From contig JASGJH010000001.1 of assembly GCA_047601445.1 (NCBI GenBank), positions 1,792,001 through 1,856,000 of the forward strand: DNA of 64,000 nt, written 5' to 3'. Origin of the DNA: Myxococcales bacterium (GTDB lineage Bacteria > Myxococcota_A > Polyangia > Polyangiales > DASUME01). Numbering within the stretch: position 1 is the stretch's first letter; each line of letters begins with the position of its first letter. Both the position numbers and the translations under genes were made by a program. This document shows, piece after piece, positions 39,725 through 49,043 of the stretch. The notes beneath the pieces were generated by a model, which searched no databases, was not told where the DNA came from, and worked only from the letters and a program-made list of their open reading frames with translations.

Positions 39725-41587
39725 ATGCAGATGGTCTTCGACTGGGTGCTGATCGCGGCGATGTGTTGGCTGAGCGGCGGCTGCCCGCAGCCCAAGCACG
39801 TCTCCACGCTACCGTCCCTCGAGACGGTGACGAGTCCGAACCCCAAAGCCGAAGGCGACTTCCGCGCCGCCCAAGCCGCCCGCAAGGAAGGGCGCACGGA
39901 CGAAGCCGAGCGGCGCTTCAAGGCGTTCATGGAGGCTTGGCCGCAGGACCCGCTCGAGCCGCTGGCCCGCCTCGAGCTGGGTCGCCTGGCCCTCGACGCC
40001 GGGCGCAACGCCGATGCGCGCCTGTGGTTCGACGGGGTGGCCCGCACCCAGGATCCGGTGCTCGCGGAGCGCGGCCGCATGTACACGGCAGTAGCCGCCC
40101 AGCGCTCGGGGGACAACCAGCACGCACTGAGCGTGCTCAAGCCCCTGCTGGGACGCACCGTCGATCCGGAGGAGACCAGCCTGGTGCTGGACACCCTCGG
40201 CGCGGCCGAAGAGGCCGTCGGCGATCGCCTCGCGGCGCTCGGCACCCGCGACCGCGAGCTCGCAGGTCAGCTCGGCGAAGCCAAGCGCACGGAGGTCGAG
40301 GCCGTGATGCGCGAGCTGGTGCAGAAGCTCGATCCGACCGTCGAGTTACCCCAGGCCTACGATCAACTTCCCCGCGATGGCCACGCCTGGCCGGAGGTGG
40401 CGCGTCTGTCGTTGCGCGTCAGTCACGACCGCGGTGACCGCGAGCGCGTCTCCAAGATCGCCGATGATTTGAGCGCCGAAGGCATCGCCCTCGACGAAAC
40501 GTTGGCCGCCCTGGTCCTGCGAGCCGAGCGCCCGAGCGATGCCGACCCGGGCGTGATCGGCGCGATTCTGCCGCTCAGCGGGCGCGGGCGTGAGGTCGGC
40601 GAGTCAGCGCTGCAGGGGTTGCTCTACGCTTCGGGCCTCGAGAGCTCGGGCAAACCTCGACCTCGTCTGGTCTATCGCGACGACGCCGGGGACCCGGCGC
40701 GTGCGGTGGCGGCGCTCGAAGATCTCGTGAGCGTACACCGCGTGATCGCAGTGATCGGGCCCCTCAACGCGGGTCCCGCCCAGGCTGTGGCCGAACGTGC
40801 CGAAGAGCTCGCCGTGCCGGTGCTCGCCCTCAACCCGGATCCGGGCCTCGCCGAGCGCTCCGACACGGTGTATCGCCTGCTGCCCGACCCGCGCGAGGAG
40901 GCCAGCTTGCTCGTTCAGGAGGCGCGGCGCGCTGGGCGCAGCCGGCTCGCCCTACTCTACCCCGAGAGCAATTTCGGACAGGCCATGCGCCAGGCGTTCG
41001 AGAAAGCCGTGTCAAGCGGTCAGGCGTCGCTCTCTGCGATCGCGTACCCGCCCACCACGACCAACTTCATGCACGAGGCCGAGCAGCTGGAAAAGCTCGA
41101 CGTCGACGCGGTCATCATGGCCGATGGCCCCGCCCGCGTGGCGCTCATCGCACCCGCGCTCGCTGCGGCAGGGCTGTGGTCGGTGGCGCCCGGCAGCAAG
41201 CCCCCAGAAGGCAAGGCCGTGCTCTACCTGGTGCCTGCGGCTGGCTTCGACCCCAGCCTCGCGCGCAGCTCACGTCGCTACCTCCAGGGGGCCCTGTTCG
41301 CTGTCCCCTTCGACGCCAACACCGCGCCGGCCTTCAGCGAGGGCTATCGCGCCCGCTTCTCCGTAGAGCCGAACCTGTTCTCGGCCGCGGCGCACGACGC
41401 CTATCGCATCGTCGAGAGCGGCCTGGCCAGCGGTGCCATGACCCGCAGCGAACTCACGAGCGCGCTCGCCAAAGCCCAGGCGCCGGGGAATGCCACGGCG
41501 GTCGACGGCTTCGCTCCAGGTCGCGGCCCGCGCGTGCCCGCGCGTATCGAGACCCTACTCGGCGAAACCTTCGTGCCTGCGAACTAG
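39725..41587 (+). CDS. LppC/LpoA-like lipoprotein (TPR N-terminus plus type 1 periplasmic binding fold)
   Basis: Lipobox-like SGGC, TPR-like helices, IGAILPLSG, AVIGPL, LYPESNFG, AHDA. Start uncertain. Confidence 0.82.
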   Translation: MQMVFDWVLIAAMCWLSGGCPQPKHVSTLPSLETVTSPNPKAEGDFRAAQAARKEGRTDEAERRFKAFMEAWPQDPLEPLARLELGRLALDAGRNADARLWFDGVARTQDPVLAERGRMYTAVAAQRSGDNQHALSVLKPLLGRTVDPEETSLVLDTLGAAEEAVGDRLAALGTRDRELAGQLGEAKRTEVEAVMRELVQKLDPTVELPQAYDQLPRDGHAWPEVARLSLRVSHDRGDRERVSKIADDLSAEGIALDETLAALVLRAERPSDADPGVIGAILPLSGRGREVGESALQGLLYASGLESSGKPRPRLVYRDDAGDPARAVAALEDLVSVHRVIAVIGPLNAGPAQAVAERAEELAVPVLALNPDPGLAERSDTVYRLLPDPREEASLLVQEARRAGRSRLALLYPESNFGQAMRQAFEKAVSSGQASLSAIAYPPTTTNFMHEAEQLEKLDVDAVIMADGPARVALIAPALAAAGLWSVAPGSKPPEGKAVLYLVPAAGFDPSLARSSRRYLQGALFAVPFDANTAPAFSEGYRARFSVEPNLFSAAAHDAYRIVESGLASGAMTRSELTSALAKAQAPGNATAVDGFAPGRGPRVPARIETLLGETFVPAN

Positions 41588-41598
41588 GTTCGCTGCGC

Positions 41599-42849
41599 TC
41601 AGCGGAACAGGAACGCCGCGAGCGCGATGATCAAGACCAGGGCACCGACGCCCACGCCGATCATCGTCCCCATGCTGTACTTCGCAGGGAACTCCGCCGC
41701 GGGCATGCTGGCACTCATCCCGGCAGCGCCAGCCGCAGCAGCGGCCTGGACGCGCATGGAGGAGGGGCCACCACCACCGATGGCCGGCGGCGCCTCGCTC
41801 ACCACGCCGAACGCCTTGGCGGCCGGGGGCTGCGCCGTCTCGAGCGCGCGCGCGATGTCCTCCTCGCTGGCCTGGGCCCAACGCTGGACGTTGCCCTCGA
41901 TTCCGTAGGCCTCGCACAGGTCCTTGGCCATGCTCGCGGCATCGGAGTAGCGCTTCAGCTTGTCCTTCCGTAGGCCCTTCTCGATGACGTCGTCGAGCCG
42001 CGGCGGCAGGCCGGGCTTCAGCTGCGAGATGGGGGTCGGACTCTGGTTGATGATCTTGATGAGGATCTGGGCAACGTTGGGCGCCTCGAAGGCGATCTTC
42101 CCCGTGATGGCCTCATACGCGATCGCCGTCAGCGCGAACACGTCGGTGCGCTGGTCGACGTCCTGCTTCCCCATGGCCTGCTCGGGCGACATGTAATAGG
42201 GCGACCCGAGCGTGGTGCCGAATGCCGTGAGCTTGGGCCCGGTCTCCATCTGGAGCTTCACGGAGCCGAAGTCGAGCACGCGCACGTTGTCGCCGCCGTC
42301 GCCCTTGCAGAGGAAGATGTTGTCGGGCTTCAGATCGCGGTGGATGAAGCCGAACGAGTGAGCGTGATCGATGGCGAGCGCCGCCTGGCACATCACGCGG
42401 ATCAGGCGCGGGGTCTCGAGCTTGCCGTCCCGGCGCAGCACGTGACCGAGCTCCTCGCCCTCGAGGTACTCCATCGTGAGGTAGTTGAGGCCGTCGGCCG
42501 TGGTGCCGAACTCGATGACCTTCACGATGTTCGGGTGGTTCATCTCGGCAGCGGTCTGGTACTCACGCTTGAAGCGCTCGACCGCGACCGCATCGCGAGC
42601 CACGTCCGGGTGCAGCACTTTGACTGCCACCCGGGCCTTGCTCTCGTGGTGCCGACCTTCGTAGACGCGCCCCATGGCCCCGTCGGCCACGCGCGCGACT
42701 ACCAGGTAGTCACCGAGACGCTCCCCTAACCGAGCATCGAAGTCCTCGGGGGACTGCTCCTGGATGGTGATCTTTCCGCATTCTCCGCAGAAGAAGACCT
42801 TGTCCGAGTAATGCTTTGCGCACGCTGGATCTGGGCAAATTCGTGCCAC
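41599..42849 (-). CDS. Ser/Thr protein kinase with N-terminal zinc ribbon and C-terminal TM anchor
   Basis: CPDPAC...CGECG; ADGAMGRVY, VAVK, HRDLKPDN, DFG, GSPYYMSPE; hydrophobic C-terminus. GTG start at 42849. Confidence 0.9.
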   Translation of the reverse strand: MARICPDPACAKHYSDKVFFCGECGKITIQEQSPEDFDARLGERLGDYLVVARVADGAMGRVYEGRHHESKARVAVKVLHPDVARDAVAVERFKREYQTAAEMNHPNIVKVIEFGTTADGLNYLTMEYLEGEELGHVLRRDGKLETPRLIRVMCQAALAIDHAHSFGFIHRDLKPDNIFLCKGDGGDNVRVLDFGSVKLQMETGPKLTAFGTTLGSPYYMSPEQAMGKQDVDQRTDVFALTAIAYEAITGKIAFEAPNVAQILIKIINQSPTPISQLKPGLPPRLDDVIEKGLRKDKLKRYSDAASMAKDLCEAYGIEGNVQRWAQASEEDIARALETAQPPAAKAFGVVSEAPPAIGGGGPSSMRVQAAAAAGAAGMSASMPAAEFPAKYSMGTMIGVGVGALVLIIALAAFLFR

Positions 42850-42961
42850 AGGCAGAATGCTAAAGGACGCAGCGAAGGGGAGCAACGGAACTGGTGGTCT
42901 AGCCTGCTTTTGGTGCGGCCTGGTGGGATGGTTCCTGCCCAGCCACGAGCGGTTCGCCGAG

Positions 42962-43606
42962 CTAGCGGCGGTACCACCGCTGCAGGACGGGGTCGTGCAC
43001 CAGGGTCCACTCCTGTTCAGCGGTCCTGACTCGAAAGCACACGGATTCCTGCTCGGAGAAGGGCCCGGGCTCGGTCCAGCGGCCCAGCACCTCGAGATCC
43101 CGGAGCGCGACCCCGTGCCGGCGGATCGCACGCGGCGCGTAGCCCCACCCCTTCGCCTGGCGGGTCTCGACCTCGAGGGTCTCCTGGCCGGGAACGGCGG
43201 GCAGGAGGCCGCTCTCACGAGACAGGAGCTCCACCAGCGGATCGATGCCCACCAAGACCTGGCTGGTCAGGCCTCCCGGATCCGTCCAAAGGGCCAGGAA
43301 CAGATCGTCGCCTACCAGGCGTACCAGCGCTTCCAGGCGCTCGGCCTCCAAGATCCACTGCATCGGCGCCCCCAGCGAGCGCAGCTGCGACAGGGCCTTG
43401 GTCGGATTGAGCAGGGTGGCACTGAAAACCATGGCCTCGTAGGGGTCGACCCGAGACGCGTAGTCCACGCATTCCCCCTCGGAGTCGAAGAAGACGGCCG
43501 CCCGCAGCTGCTCGTAGGGCCCCAGAAAAGCCGAGAGGATTCGGGAGAACGCCGTATCCGGACGATCGCGCAACAGGCCGTTGGGCAGACGGGTCAGTGG
43601 GTTCAC
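42962..43606 (-). CDS. Hypothetical protein, Roadblock/LC7-like N-terminus plus small beta C-terminal domain (DUF6504-like)
   Basis: LRAAVFFDSEGECVDY strand-turn pattern resembles roadblock proteins; C-terminal LEVLGRW...FRVRT...TLVHD...RWY. Family calls are inference. Confidence 0.65.
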   Translation of the reverse strand: MNPLTRLPNGLLRDRPDTAFSRILSAFLGPYEQLRAAVFFDSEGECVDYASRVDPYEAMVFSATLLNPTKALSQLRSLGAPMQWILEAERLEALVRLVGDDLFLALWTDPGGLTSQVLVGIDPLVELLSRESGLLPAVPGQETLEVETRQAKGWGYAPRAIRRHGVALRDLEVLGRWTEPGPFSEQESVCFRVRTAEQEWTLVHDPVLQRWYRR

Positions 43607-44067
43607 GAACCGGGATCCGGCGTGCCGTCATCCGACAACGTCCGGCGCACTGCGTCTTCGTCGTAGACGACCTTGGTCTTGTCCCGCAGTTCCCCCAGCA
43701 GACGCGCGGTCTCCTTGCGCCGCCCTTCGTCGTCCGGCGCACGCGTCTCCACGCCCTGCTCGAGCAACGCCCGAACGCGCGCCCGTGCCACTTCCTGCTG
43801 GGTCGCAGCCAGCTCGCCGTAACCTCGCTTCTCCGCGTATTGCGCGAGTAAGCGCTCATCCACCAGGCGCTGCAGCGCCACCTCGGGCGCTAGCCCCGAA
43901 GCCACGCACACCGCCCGCACCTCGTCGAGTCCGATGACCTCGCCGTTGACCCGAGCCACCACCGGTCCGCCCGTGCCGGATGGCCGTGCGCCGGAAGTGG
44001 CCGGCTGGCGCGCGCTTTCCCCGCACGCACCACACAGGAGTACCAGGCCGAGCGCGACGCCACGCAC
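43603..44067 (-). CDS. Lipoprotein with SurA/PrsA N-terminal-like domain and no PPIase domain
   Basis: Lipobox CGAC; PVVARVNGEVI and LQRLVDERLLAQYAEKRG. Confidence 0.75.
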   Translation of the reverse strand: MRGVALGLVLLCGACGESARQPATSGARPSGTGGPVVARVNGEVIGLDEVRAVCVASGLAPEVALQRLVDERLLAQYAEKRGYGELAATQQEVARARVRALLEQGVETRAPDDEGRRKETARLLGELRDKTKVVYDEDAVRRTLSDDGTPDPGS

Positions 44068-44071
44068 GGCC

Positions 44072-44254
44072 CTACTCTCCCATGGAAGGCCGCAGGAGCT
44101 CCACTCCAGCTCGCACGAGGGCCAGCCCGCTGCTCACCAGCAGCACCGCGCCCACGTACTCCTGGTTTCCGAGGTGGCGGATGGCGATGCCCAGGACCGC
44201 CAGCGCTGCCAGGATCAGGATTGCCCCGGCGCTCTCTCGGAGATGCTTGGACAT
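44072..44254 (-). CDS. Small two-TM membrane protein (60 aa)
   Basis: Two hydrophobic helices; packed tightly between co-oriented genes. Confidence 0.7.
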   Translation of the reverse strand: MSKHLRESAGAILILAALAVLGIAIRHLGNQEYVGAVLLVSSGLALVRAGVELLRPSMGE

Positions 44255-44275
44255 CGCTCGGCTAGCGACGGGCCT

Positions 44276-45949
44276 TCAACCGCGCGCGCGCGCAGCCAAC
44301 TTGGCCTGGGTGGCCAGGGCGCGTTCCTTCACGTGGTTCCAGCTGGCACGGCCCTCTTCGGCCTTGCGCAGCGCCTCGATCTTGGCGACGCCCTCGGCCG
44401 AGCCCTTCACCGCCACGAAGTCGAGCGCACTCAGCACGTCGCCGCGCACCATCTCCTTCGGGTGGTCGATCTTGGCGATCAGGGCAGCCAGCGCCTCGGG
44501 CTTGCCGCGGCCCAGACGGGCGAGCATGTAGGCCGCCTTGCGCGCCACGTTCTCGTCCTTGTCGTCGAGCTTCTGGATCCAGCAGGCGAGATCCTGATCG
44601 CACACCTCGGCGACCGCGAGCAGCACGTTGTTCTGCTGCTCGAAGGTCTGCTTGTAGGGGCTGTCGTCGCCCGCAATGAGGGCCTTGGCCTGCGCGGCTT
44701 CGGCCTTGTTGGCCAGCATGGCGTAGGCGTTGAGCGCGATCACGCGCAGGTCCGGCAGCTCGTCCTCGGGGGTCTTGGCGATCTTGAGGAAGAAGGGCTG
44801 GGCGCCGGGATCGTAGAGGTGCTGCATGGCGCGCAGGGCCTGCATGCGCTGGATCTTCTCCTGCGAGTCGTAGACCTTGGTGACCACGGCGCGGATGCGA
44901 TCCGAATCGCTGTCGTTGCGGTTGATCTGCGCGAGCGCCACGGCGGCACCGAGCTGCACGCCCTTGTCGGCGTCGCTGGCGGCGGCGATCAGGGGGTCGA
45001 TGGCTTCGGGGAAGCCGAGCGTGCCGATCGCGAAGATGGCTTCCTTCTTCATCTCCGCCTCGGCCTTCATCTGCTCGGCCGCCTGGGGCGCGCGCTGCCG
45101 TACGGCCTCGATCCAGGCCTTGGTCTGCGCCAGGGCCTTCTCGTCCTCCCCGCGCAGGATCTTGAGCAGCGGGGGCAAGGAAGGCTTGCCGATCTGCACG
45201 AGCGCAGCGGGCACGGTCTGGGTCAGGCGATTGCCAGGATTGGTCGGGTCGAAGAGGTACAACGCCTCGAGCAGCGCGGGCACCGTCGCGGGATCGGCGA
45301 GACGTCCCACCTGCTCCACGGCCAGGTTGTTGATCAGGAAGTTCTGCTCTTCCGACTGGCGCAGCATCACCTTGGTTAGCACCTCGGACGCGGCCGGATC
45401 ATTGAGCTCCCCCAGGGTCCGCAAGAACTCGATGCGCATGCGGTTGTCGACCGGACGCTTGCCCGTGACGTTGTCCAACGCACCGGCGATCTTCTTCACC
45501 GTTTCGGTCTTGCTGCCGGGCGGCAGCTCGATCACGGCCAGCGTGCGCGCGGCGGTGATCGCGTGCTCCTCGTTGACCTCGCTGCGCCACTCGAGCGCCT
45601 TCAACAGGGCCGGCAGCGCGCGCGGATCGCGCATCTCGTTCAAGAGCAGCATGATCTGCTCACCGGCGCGCGTGTCCTCCGGGTAATCGAGATAGGTCTT
45701 CACCAATGCCGGCACGGTGGCGTCATCGAACGCCTTCACCTGTGGCGAAGCACGATCGCTCTTGGAAGCGCTGAGCGCCGCGCCGTAGAGGCGCTTGAGG
45801 TTGCCGAGCGCATGTTCGCGACGCACGGGATCCGCGAGCTCTTGCGCCTGACCCGCGGCGTCGTCTGGATCGGCGTGACATCCGACTGCGCCAATAGAGA
45901 GACCGAGCGCGAATGCCCAGGGCCGCAGCGTGTCGACGAGCTTTGCCAT
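44276..45949 (-). CDS. HEAT-repeat lipoprotein
   Basis: Lipobox AVGC; many HEAT repeats (DPRALPALLKAL, DPATVPALLEAL, DENVARKAAYMLARLG). Confidence 0.88.
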   Translation of the reverse strand: MAKLVDTLRPWAFALGLSIGAVGCHADPDDAAGQAQELADPVRREHALGNLKRLYGAALSASKSDRASPQVKAFDDATVPALVKTYLDYPEDTRAGEQIMLLLNEMRDPRALPALLKALEWRSEVNEEHAITAARTLAVIELPPGSKTETVKKIAGALDNVTGKRPVDNRMRIEFLRTLGELNDPAASEVLTKVMLRQSEEQNFLINNLAVEQVGRLADPATVPALLEALYLFDPTNPGNRLTQTVPAALVQIGKPSLPPLLKILRGEDEKALAQTKAWIEAVRQRAPQAAEQMKAEAEMKKEAIFAIGTLGFPEAIDPLIAAASDADKGVQLGAAVALAQINRNDSDSDRIRAVVTKVYDSQEKIQRMQALRAMQHLYDPGAQPFFLKIAKTPEDELPDLRVIALNAYAMLANKAEAAQAKALIAGDDSPYKQTFEQQNNVLLAVAEVCDQDLACWIQKLDDKDENVARKAAYMLARLGRGKPEALAALIAKIDHPKEMVRGDVLSALDFVAVKGSAEGVAKIEALRKAEEGRASWNHVKERALATQAKLAARARG

Positions 45950-46096
45950 AGCGGAAACCTTCCTCCCCAATGCTCGGGCTGGACACACGCCTGCGCGAGC
46001 ACAACATCTGCCTTCACGCTCGCAGACGCTCCGTCAGGGGATGCGCTTTTCCCACGTATCTACGAGGGTTTATGCGAGCGGCCGGGACTATAGCCG

Positions 46097-46181
46097 TGGG
46101 CCAAACTCCAAGTCAACGCTGACGCCCACCCAGACCTGTTTTTGGCAGGCCCAAGTGGGCTGTGGTCGACTCGAGTGCCCA
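46097..46181 (-). other. Long intergenic RNA hairpin (minus strand, G.U-rich)
   Basis: 15-bp helix 46124-46138/46146-46160 plus outer helices. All five mismatches within the two main helices are C/A on plus, i.e. G.U pairs on minus. Confidence 0.55.
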
Positions 46182-46222
46182 TGAGCAGTGTCTACACCGG
46201 CTCGCTCTCGGCAGCGGCGGGG

Positions 46223-47335
46223 TCAGAACTGAAGCGGATAGGTCAGCTTGAGCGTGGGGTCCGAGAAGGCTGGGAAGCGGACTTCTCGCAGGGCCTTGGC
46301 CAGGCAGGAGCCCTCACGGGTGCCTGCAAAGCTGCCCTGGATCAACGCGTAGCTCACCTGCCCGTTGCTCCGGACCGTGAGCTGGGCGGAGACCACGCCA
46401 CGGCGTCCCTCGGCACAGCGGCTCAGCGCCGGCATGGCCGCCTTCATCGTGGCGACCACCTGCTCGCGGCTGGGCTGACTCGGTAGATCTCCCTTGGCCG
46501 CTGGCCGCGGCTTCTCGCTTCGCTTCTCCGGCTTCACACGTGAGGCACGCGGCTCACTGGAGGAGGCCTTGGTCTCAGAGGCTGCGATCGGCGTGGAGGT
46601 ATCGATCACGACAGCGTCACGCTCGTCGACGCGGATCTCGGGGATCTCGGGTGCTGCTGCTTCTTCCGGCGGAGCGGCCTTGGCCAATGCCAGCGATCCG
46701 GGCACGGGCTCCGGGACGGCGGGCTGCTCCGGCACGGCCGGTTGGGCCACATCTTCTACCTGTTGCTGCACCGCGCTGCTTGCAGAGTGGACGATCGGGT
46801 CAACCGCCGACTGCTCGCTGACCGGCTGACGCTGGAGCTGCGACAGGCCGATTCCTAGCCCGACCACTGCCGCTGCTGCCCCGACGATCTGCCAGAACGG
46901 TCCGCGCTCGGACGAGGCCGGGGGCACGCTCTTGGGCGCCGCGGTGGGCGCGATCGAGTTGGCCAGGGCGTGGGTCCTCGGCATCACGTTGACCCTCCCG
47001 GAAGGCTCGCGCTTGTTCGGCGCGCTCTCGGGTGCCGGAGCATCGGCCTCGGCCGCAAGTCGATCGACCTCGCTGTCCCGCAGGGCCTCGGCGCTGTCCC
47101 GGCCCATGCCGACCTCGCCCGCGTGAGCGACCTCCGCGGTGATACGGGCAATGACCTGGAGCTCGCTGTCCTCCACGTTGACGATGCTGTCCCGAGCCTG
47201 GATCAGGAGGTCGGAGATCTGCTCGGACGGCTCGCGCGCCGGGGGCAAGGGGGGTTCCGAGGCCAGCAAGGCCTCGACCTCGTCCACTCCACCCTCTTCA
47301 TCCAGCACGCTCTCAGCTCTCCGAAAATCCGTCAC
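46223..47335 (-). CDS. Single-pass membrane protein with AgmX/PglI (TonB-C-like) C-terminal domain
   Basis: Acidic N-terminus, TM FWQIVGAAAAVVGLGIGL, Pro-rich linker, then ALSRCAEG...VRSNGQV...GSCLAKALREVRFPAF...LTYPLQF. Confidence 0.75.
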   Translation of the reverse strand: MTDFRRAESVLDEEGGVDEVEALLASEPPLPPAREPSEQISDLLIQARDSIVNVEDSELQVIARITAEVAHAGEVGMGRDSAEALRDSEVDRLAAEADAPAPESAPNKREPSGRVNVMPRTHALANSIAPTAAPKSVPPASSERGPFWQIVGAAAAVVGLGIGLSQLQRQPVSEQSAVDPIVHSASSAVQQQVEDVAQPAVPEQPAVPEPVPGSLALAKAAPPEEAAAPEIPEIRVDERDAVVIDTSTPIAASETKASSSEPRASRVKPEKRSEKPRPAAKGDLPSQPSREQVVATMKAAMPALSRCAEGRRGVVSAQLTVRSNGQVSYALIQGSFAGTREGSCLAKALREVRFPAFSDPTLKLTYPLQF

Positions 47336-47541
47336 AGCCCCTCCAGTCTCGATGCACCAGCCGCCAGCGCGGGCGTAACGCCACGCGAGCGTACGAATTC
47401 CATGGACCGCCTTCTACGCCCTCCTGCGACCAAACGAACATTTCGGTTGGGTATCTCACCCAGGATTACATCGGACGTGGCCGTGATTGTAGGTCGCCCT
47501 CCCTTTGACCTGTGACTACAAGACGCACTAAGTTTGCGTCT

Positions 47542-47952
47542 GTGTCGACCCCACCGAGCAGTGAGCGCCGAAGGGACGTCCGAGCGCCCATCGAGCTCAA
47601 AGTCGAGTACAAGCGCTTGAACTCCTTTTTCGCGGATTACACCCGGAACATCAGCCGTGACGGCATGTTCATCCGCACCCAAAAGCCACTCGGCATCGGC
47701 ACCGAGTTCGTCTTCAAGCTGCAAGTGCCTCAGCTGGACCAGCCACTCGAGCTGCACGGCCGGGTCCAGTGGACCGTGAAGCCGGAGCAGGCCGACGGCG
47801 CCCAGGAGCCCGGCATGGGCATCGGATTCATCTACGAGTCGGAAGCCGAGCGGCAGCGTGTGGTGGCGATCGTCGAGCGCCTGATGGTGCGCAGCCTGGG
47901 CAAGGCTCTCTACAACAAGCTCATCGCGGAACGTCGTCGGCACCAGGGCTGA
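47542..47952 (+). CDS. PilZ-domain protein (TIGR02266-type)
   Basis: RRRDVR (RxxxR), NISRDGMFI and PGMGIGF; c-di-GMP-binding motifs are intact. Confidence 0.9.
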   Translation: MSTPPSSERRRDVRAPIELKVEYKRLNSFFADYTRNISRDGMFIRTQKPLGIGTEFVFKLQVPQLDQPLELHGRVQWTVKPEQADGAQEPGMGIGFIYESEAERQRVVAIVERLMVRSLGKALYNKLIAERRRHQG

Positions 47953-48050
47953 GCGCGCTCCGCCGAGCCGTCCTTCGAGCAGGTGGATTCGTTCGCCCCA
48001 CGTGGTGGGCGGGCACCTCTCGACTGAGCCCGGATTGATGGCTACACCGT

Positions 48051-49025
48051 ATGGGTATGGAGCAGTTGTTGGAGCGCTCGGGAAACGCGCCAGTCATCGA
48101 TCCGAACCTCGACCTCGAGGAGGAGATCAAGCGCCTCAAGCGTGAGCGGAACGCCGTCATCCTCGCCCACTACTACCAGGACGGCGAGATCCAGGACCTC
48201 GCCGACTACATCGGTGATTCGCTGCAGCTGGCCCAGGCCGCCAAGAAGACCTCCGCGGACGTCATCGTGTTCTGCGGCGTGCACTTCATGGCCGAGACGG
48301 CGAAGATCCTGAACCCCACGCGCACCGTGGTCATCCCCGACCTCAACGCCGGCTGCTCGCTGGCATCGGGCTGTCCCGCCGACAAGTTTCGCGCCTGGCA
48401 GGCCCGCTACCCTGGCTCGGTGACCATCAGCTACATCAACTGCTCAGCCGAGGTGAAGGCCGCGAGCGACCTCATCTGCACCTCGTCCAACGCCGAGAAG
48501 ATCGTGCGCTCGGTGCCGGCCGACACGCGCATCTTGTTCGGACCCGACAAGAACCTCGGGCGCTATCTCATCCAGCAGACCGGGCGCGACATGGTGCTGT
48601 GGCAGGGCAGCTGCCTGGTCCACGAGACGTTCAGCGAGAAGAAGCTGATCGGCCTCAAGACCCGGCACCCCGAGGCCAAGATCATCGCGCACCCGGAGTG
48701 CGAAACGCCGGTGCTCAAGATGGCCGATTTCATCGGCTCCACGAGCGCCTTGCTGAAGTTCGCCACGGAGTCCCCGGCACGGGAGTTCATCGTGGCCACC
48801 GAACCCGGAATCATCCACCAAATGGAGAAGGCCGCCCCGGAAAAGACCTTCATTCCGGCGCCTCCGAATGGCAACTGCGCCTGCAACGAGTGCCCATTCA
48901 TGCGCCTCAACACGCTCGAAAAGCTGTACCTTGCGCTGCGCGACTTGAACCCGGTCATCGAGATGAGCGAAGAACTGCGCTTGTCGGCGCTGCGCCCCAT
49001 CGAGCGCATGCTCGAACTGTCCTGA
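48051..49025 (+). CDS. nadA: Quinolinate synthase
   Basis: [54 protein letters not shown]. Confidence 0.97.
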   Translation: MGMEQLLERSGNAPVIDPNLDLEEEIKRLKRERNAVILAHYYQDGEIQDLADYIGDSLQLAQAAKKTSADVIVFCGVHFMAETAKILNPTRTVVIPDLNAGCSLASGCPADKFRAWQARYPGSVTISYINCSAEVKAASDLICTSSNAEKIVRSVPADTRILFGPDKNLGRYLIQQTGRDMVLWQGSCLVHETFSEKKLIGLKTRHPEAKIIAHPECETPVLKMADFIGSTSALLKFATESPAREFIVATEPGIIHQMEKAAPEKTFIPAPPNGNCACNECPFMRLNTLEKLYLALRDLNPVIEMSEELRLSALRPIERMLELS

Positions 49026-49043
49026 GAAAGCGAATCCATCACC

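Noticed and set aside
42870..42960. tRNA/SRP-like RNA, or a shared TTTTGG-loop element with 46137-46160 and 54865-54890
   Set aside because: No cloverleaf or SRP consensus. Similarity among the three sites is short and gapped, and CCAAAA/TTTTGG also occurs often in coding sequence.
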